Of a DNA stretch of 32,000 nt, positions 29,234-32,000 are shown piece by piece; within the stretch, counting starts at the first letter, position 1; every line of letters starts with the position of its first letter. The stretch comes from Desulfotalea psychrophila LSv54 (GTDB lineage: Bacteria; Desulfobacterota; Desulfobulbia; Desulfobulbales; Desulfocapsaceae), in contig NC_006138.1 of NCBI RefSeq assembly GCF_000025945.1, forward strand, positions 2,610,001-2,642,000. The letters run 5' to 3'. The notes below the pieces were generated by a model that saw only the letters and a program-made list of their open reading frames with translations, had not been told where the DNA came from and did not search any database. Position numbers and translations under genes: made by a program.

Positions 29234-31124
29234 TAGATTAAAATTAAATCGTTTTTTGGTTATTCATGAGCAGCAGGCTATATATGATGAAACTTTCCAT
29301 GAAGGCATTAATGTCATCAGAGGAGAACACTCTGTTGGTAAATCAACACTTTTCGATTTAATTTATTATGTTTTGGGAGGTGATCTTAAAAAAGAAGAAT
29401 GGAGATATCCTACCAATGAGTGCACTGAGGTTCGCGCAGAAATCGAAATAAATAAAAAAACAATCACTCTCGCAAGAGAAATTTTAGCAGGTAAAAAACC
29501 AAAAATCAGGATGTTTGACGGTTGCTACGGAAAAGCTTTAAAAAACTATGGCAACTGGTTAAATTTTGGATCAGTACGATCTGATAATAAAGCTAGCTTT
29601 TCAGAAATGATGTTTGATTTATTTGGATGGGGACAACATAAGACAGAATCATTTAATAATTTAACAATGCACCAAATTTTAAGACTTTCCTACCTTAGTC
29701 AGTCATCAAAAACGACAAGCATATTCAGGGAGGAAATTGATAAACGCGGAGATAGCGGAAGTACTCGTAAAGCTATTGCAGAGTTTCTTTTAGGATTAGA
29801 TGACTTAACATCATATGATAAACGTCAAACAAAGGGTAAAAAACAGATAGAACTTGCAATATTTGAGGCAAACCGAGATAGTATCAAAAAAATTCTTGGT
29901 GATGACAGTGCCACTACTTTTAAAGATATAGAAACATTAATTAACTCAAAAAAATATATAATTTTTGATTTGATAGAAGAGAAAAACAACAAGTTGTCAC
30001 ATACTGATTCAAACAGCAACCATGCTATTGTTTTAAAAAGAGAAGAAATAATAACTACTATATCATATTATACAAAACTTATCAGTTTATCATTTAACAA
30101 AATTGAATTGATCCAAAGAGAAATTTCAGATTGTGATCTTTTCTCAAAAAGTCTTGAATTTAGAATAAAATCACTTGATGAATCTGAAAAAACATATAAA
30201 TCTCTAGGGAATATCTCTTTTAATTACTGTCCCTCTTGTTTCAGCCAACTCGACACAGTAGTTGCACATAACCAATGTAAACTTTGCAAAAAAATATTAC
30301 CTGATTATGATTTAACTGAAAAATACACAGAAACTCTTGCGGAGTTAAAATACCAGCAAAAGCAGAACACCAATACTATAAATAAGCTTCAAGTAGAATT
30401 GCAAAATAATGAAAATGAATACATAAAAAACAATGAAAAAGTAATGCTGCTACAAAATGAACTCAGCAATATCAGTACTCACTCAAACGAGAGAGAACTT
30501 ATAATCTCAAATTATACAAAAAGGATATCAAATGTTGAGTCAGGAATAATAGAATTGAATAAGAAAATCCCACTTATTCGGAATTTAGAAAAGTACAATA
30601 GAAGTATTTCTATAATTACAAAAGAGATATCTAAACTTGTGGAAGAAATAGATTCATTATCTGAACTCAGCAAAATTAGAAATAGGTCTGTTCTAAATAG
30701 TTTAGGTGAAACAGCTAGTGGGTTTTTAGAAAATGGGACTGGCAATGAAGAAGATTTCAAAATTGCTACTCAGAAAACAGTTGAAATTGATTTTGAAAAG
30801 GACAGATGGCTTCTTGGAGGCCGTATTAGTTTCTCAGAAAGCTCAAATGCTGAAAAAAAAAGTGCATTACATATTAGTTTTTTACTCCAGTCTCTTAAAG
30901 ATAAGCAAACACGTTATCCTCTTTTTTCGATTATGGACTTTGAATGTGCTGACTTAAACGAAGAGAGAAGCAAAAAAATACAAAATAATATCCTAAACTT
31001 ATTAAAAGATAAAGAAGGTTTCCAACTCTTAATAACATCATCCAAAATATCTCAGGAGCTTAATATTGAAGAATATGGGGTTGGACGTTATTACGGCAAA
31101 AATGATTACTTATTCAAAATCTAA
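29223..31124 (+). CDS. SMC/Rad50-like ABC ATPase (DUF2326-like), ABC-3C ATPase component
   Basis: 'FHEGINVIRGEHSVGKSTLFDLIYYVLGG' Walker A, long coiled-coil middle with 'YCPSCFSQ...QCKLCKKI' zinc-hook/ribbon-like motif, C-terminal 'SFSESSNAEKKSALHISFLLQSLKD' and 'YPLFSIMDFECADLNEERSKKI' Walker B-like region. Confidence 0.85.
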   Translation: MTISRLKLNRFLVIHEQQAIYDETFHEGINVIRGEHSVGKSTLFDLIYYVLGGDLKKEEWRYPTNECTEVRAEIEINKKTITLAREILAGKKPKIRMFDGCYGKALKNYGNWLNFGSVRSDNKASFSEMMFDLFGWGQHKTESFNNLTMHQILRLSYLSQSSKTTSIFREEIDKRGDSGSTRKAIAEFLLGLDDLTSYDKRQTKGKKQIELAIFEANRDSIKKILGDDSATTFKDIETLINSKKYIIFDLIEEKNNKLSHTDSNSNHAIVLKREEIITTISYYTKLISLSFNKIELIQREISDCDLFSKSLEFRIKSLDESEKTYKSLGNISFNYCPSCFSQLDTVVAHNQCKLCKKILPDYDLTEKYTETLAELKYQQKQNTNTINKLQVELQNNENEYIKNNEKVMLLQNELSNISTHSNERELIISNYTKRISNVESGIIELNKKIPLIRNLEKYNRSISIITKEISKLVEEIDSLSELSKIRNRSVLNSLGETASGFLENGTGNEEDFKIATQKTVEIDFEKDRWLLGGRISFSESSNAEKKSALHISFLLQSLKDKQTRYPLFSIMDFECADLNEERSKKIQNNILNLLKDKEGFQLLITSSKISQELNIEEYGVGRYYGKNDYLFKI

Positions 31125-31250
31125 ACAGCAAAAAAATAATTAGCCCAGATAACAAACACAGGCAGAAGAGTATAAAGAGCCGCTTCTGAAGTACAAAAGT
31201 TTTCGGGAGCGGCAATGTTGCAAAGATCAAATAAGTTAAAGAGGACACAG

Positions 31251-31285
31251 AAAAAGCAAGCTAATACCTTGCATTAGCTATTTTT
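31251..31285. terminator. Possible bidirectional terminator between the cassette and thpR
   Basis: AAAAAGCA-AGCTAAT-ACCTTGC-ATTAGCT-ATTTTT: 7-bp stem with A/T runs on both sides; weak stem. Confidence 0.4.
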
Positions 31286-31328
31286 CAGTACGGCTAGGCT
31301 TAGTGATATACCTTATTCTAACCATTAC

Positions 31329-31350
31329 CCCCCTCCTCCTCCATAATCAT
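31329..31350. repeat. 22-nt direct repeat, copy 1 (upstream of thpR)
   Basis: CCCCCTCCTCCTCCATAATCAT; one mismatch to copy 2 at 31949..31970. Confidence 0.7.
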
Positions 31351-31401
31351 GGATAGGCAGCAACTCAAAGAGGAACCTTAGATAATTCGGGGATTTTAAC
31401 C

Positions 31402-31920
31402 ATGAGACTGTTTTTAGCCATAGCCCTGCCCAGAGATGTAGAGAAGGTACTGCGGTCCTATCAACCCACTTCCGAAGCGTATATTAGAATCGTTAGTCAA
31501 CTCCATTTGACCCTGCATTTCCTGGGGGATGTGAAGCTGGCAGAGCTTGAGACGGCAATGTCTGATATCCGCTTTAAGGAGTTCAAGCTCAGCCTGGATG
31601 GCCTTGGCTGTTTTAAGGCAAATGGTAAATGCAGGACTCTGTGGGCCGGGGTGAGGCCAAATGAGGCCCTTCGACAGCTGTATGTCAGGATTGGTAAACG
31701 GCTTGAGGAGGCGGATTTTGAGCTGTATTCCCATCATTATTCTCCCCATATAAGCCTGGCCCGCTGCCAACGGAAGTACTCGGAGGAAAAAATCCAGCAT
31801 TTCCTGCAAATAAGGACCGAACCTTTAGAATTCAGGGTGGATCATTTCCTCTTATATGGTAGCGAGATTATAAATAATGTGCCCTTCTACAGGGCCTTGG
31901 CTAAATATGGGGCAAAATAG
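31402..31920 (+). CDS. thpR: RNA 2',3'-cyclic phosphodiesterase (2'-5' RNA ligase family)
   Basis: 'MRLFLAIALPRDVEKVL', HxTx motif 'QLHLTLHFLGDV', second HxSx motif 'HHYSPHISLARC', 'VDHFLLYGSEI'. Confidence 0.93.
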   Translation: MRLFLAIALPRDVEKVLRSYQPTSEAYIRIVSQLHLTLHFLGDVKLAELETAMSDIRFKEFKLSLDGLGCFKANGKCRTLWAGVRPNEALRQLYVRIGKRLEEADFELYSHHYSPHISLARCQRKYSEEKIQHFLQIRTEPLEFRVDHFLLYGSEIINNVPFYRALAKYGAK

Positions 31921-31948
31921 CAAACCTCTCCCACCCCCTTGCCTTTGT

Positions 31949-31970
31949 CCCCCTCTTCCTCCATAATCAT
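31949..31970. repeat. 22-nt direct repeat, copy 2 (downstream of thpR)
   Basis: CCCCCTCTTCCTCCATAATCAT; one mismatch to copy 1 at 31329..31350. Confidence 0.7.
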
Positions 31971-32000
31971 AGGTAAACTTAGAAATCAATGAAATGAAGA

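Overview
The window looks like a mostly ordinary Desulfobacterota-like (possibly Desulfotalea-type) chromosomal region; taxonomy is inferred from gene content only. It carries a 5'-truncated prephenate dehydratase-like CDS, an SH3b protein, ldcA, coaX and a Bacteroidetes/Chlamydia-like parE-parC pair. These are followed by a methyltransferase, a TM2 protein, an mlaE-F-D-C-A lipid-transport operon, an alpha/beta hydrolase, an HD-GYP response regulator and a large CHASE/PAS hybrid kinase. Then come a LysE exporter flanked by a full CapA gene and a duplicated CapA 3' fragment, an MBL-fold hydrolase, a VOC protein, a DUF202-like membrane protein, a DJ-1/PfpI protein and thpR. The main accessory element is a strongly AT-rich, tightly overlapping four-gene cassette at about 26.5-31.1 kb. 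It encodes a ComEC-like MBL hydrolase, a trypsin-like peptidase with a C-terminal helical extension, a small middle-component-like protein and an SMC/DUF2326-like ABC ATPase. This architecture matches the ABC-three-component (ABC-3C) class of predicted biological-conflict systems, with two candidate effectors instead of one. All assignments come from reading motifs; no database search was run.
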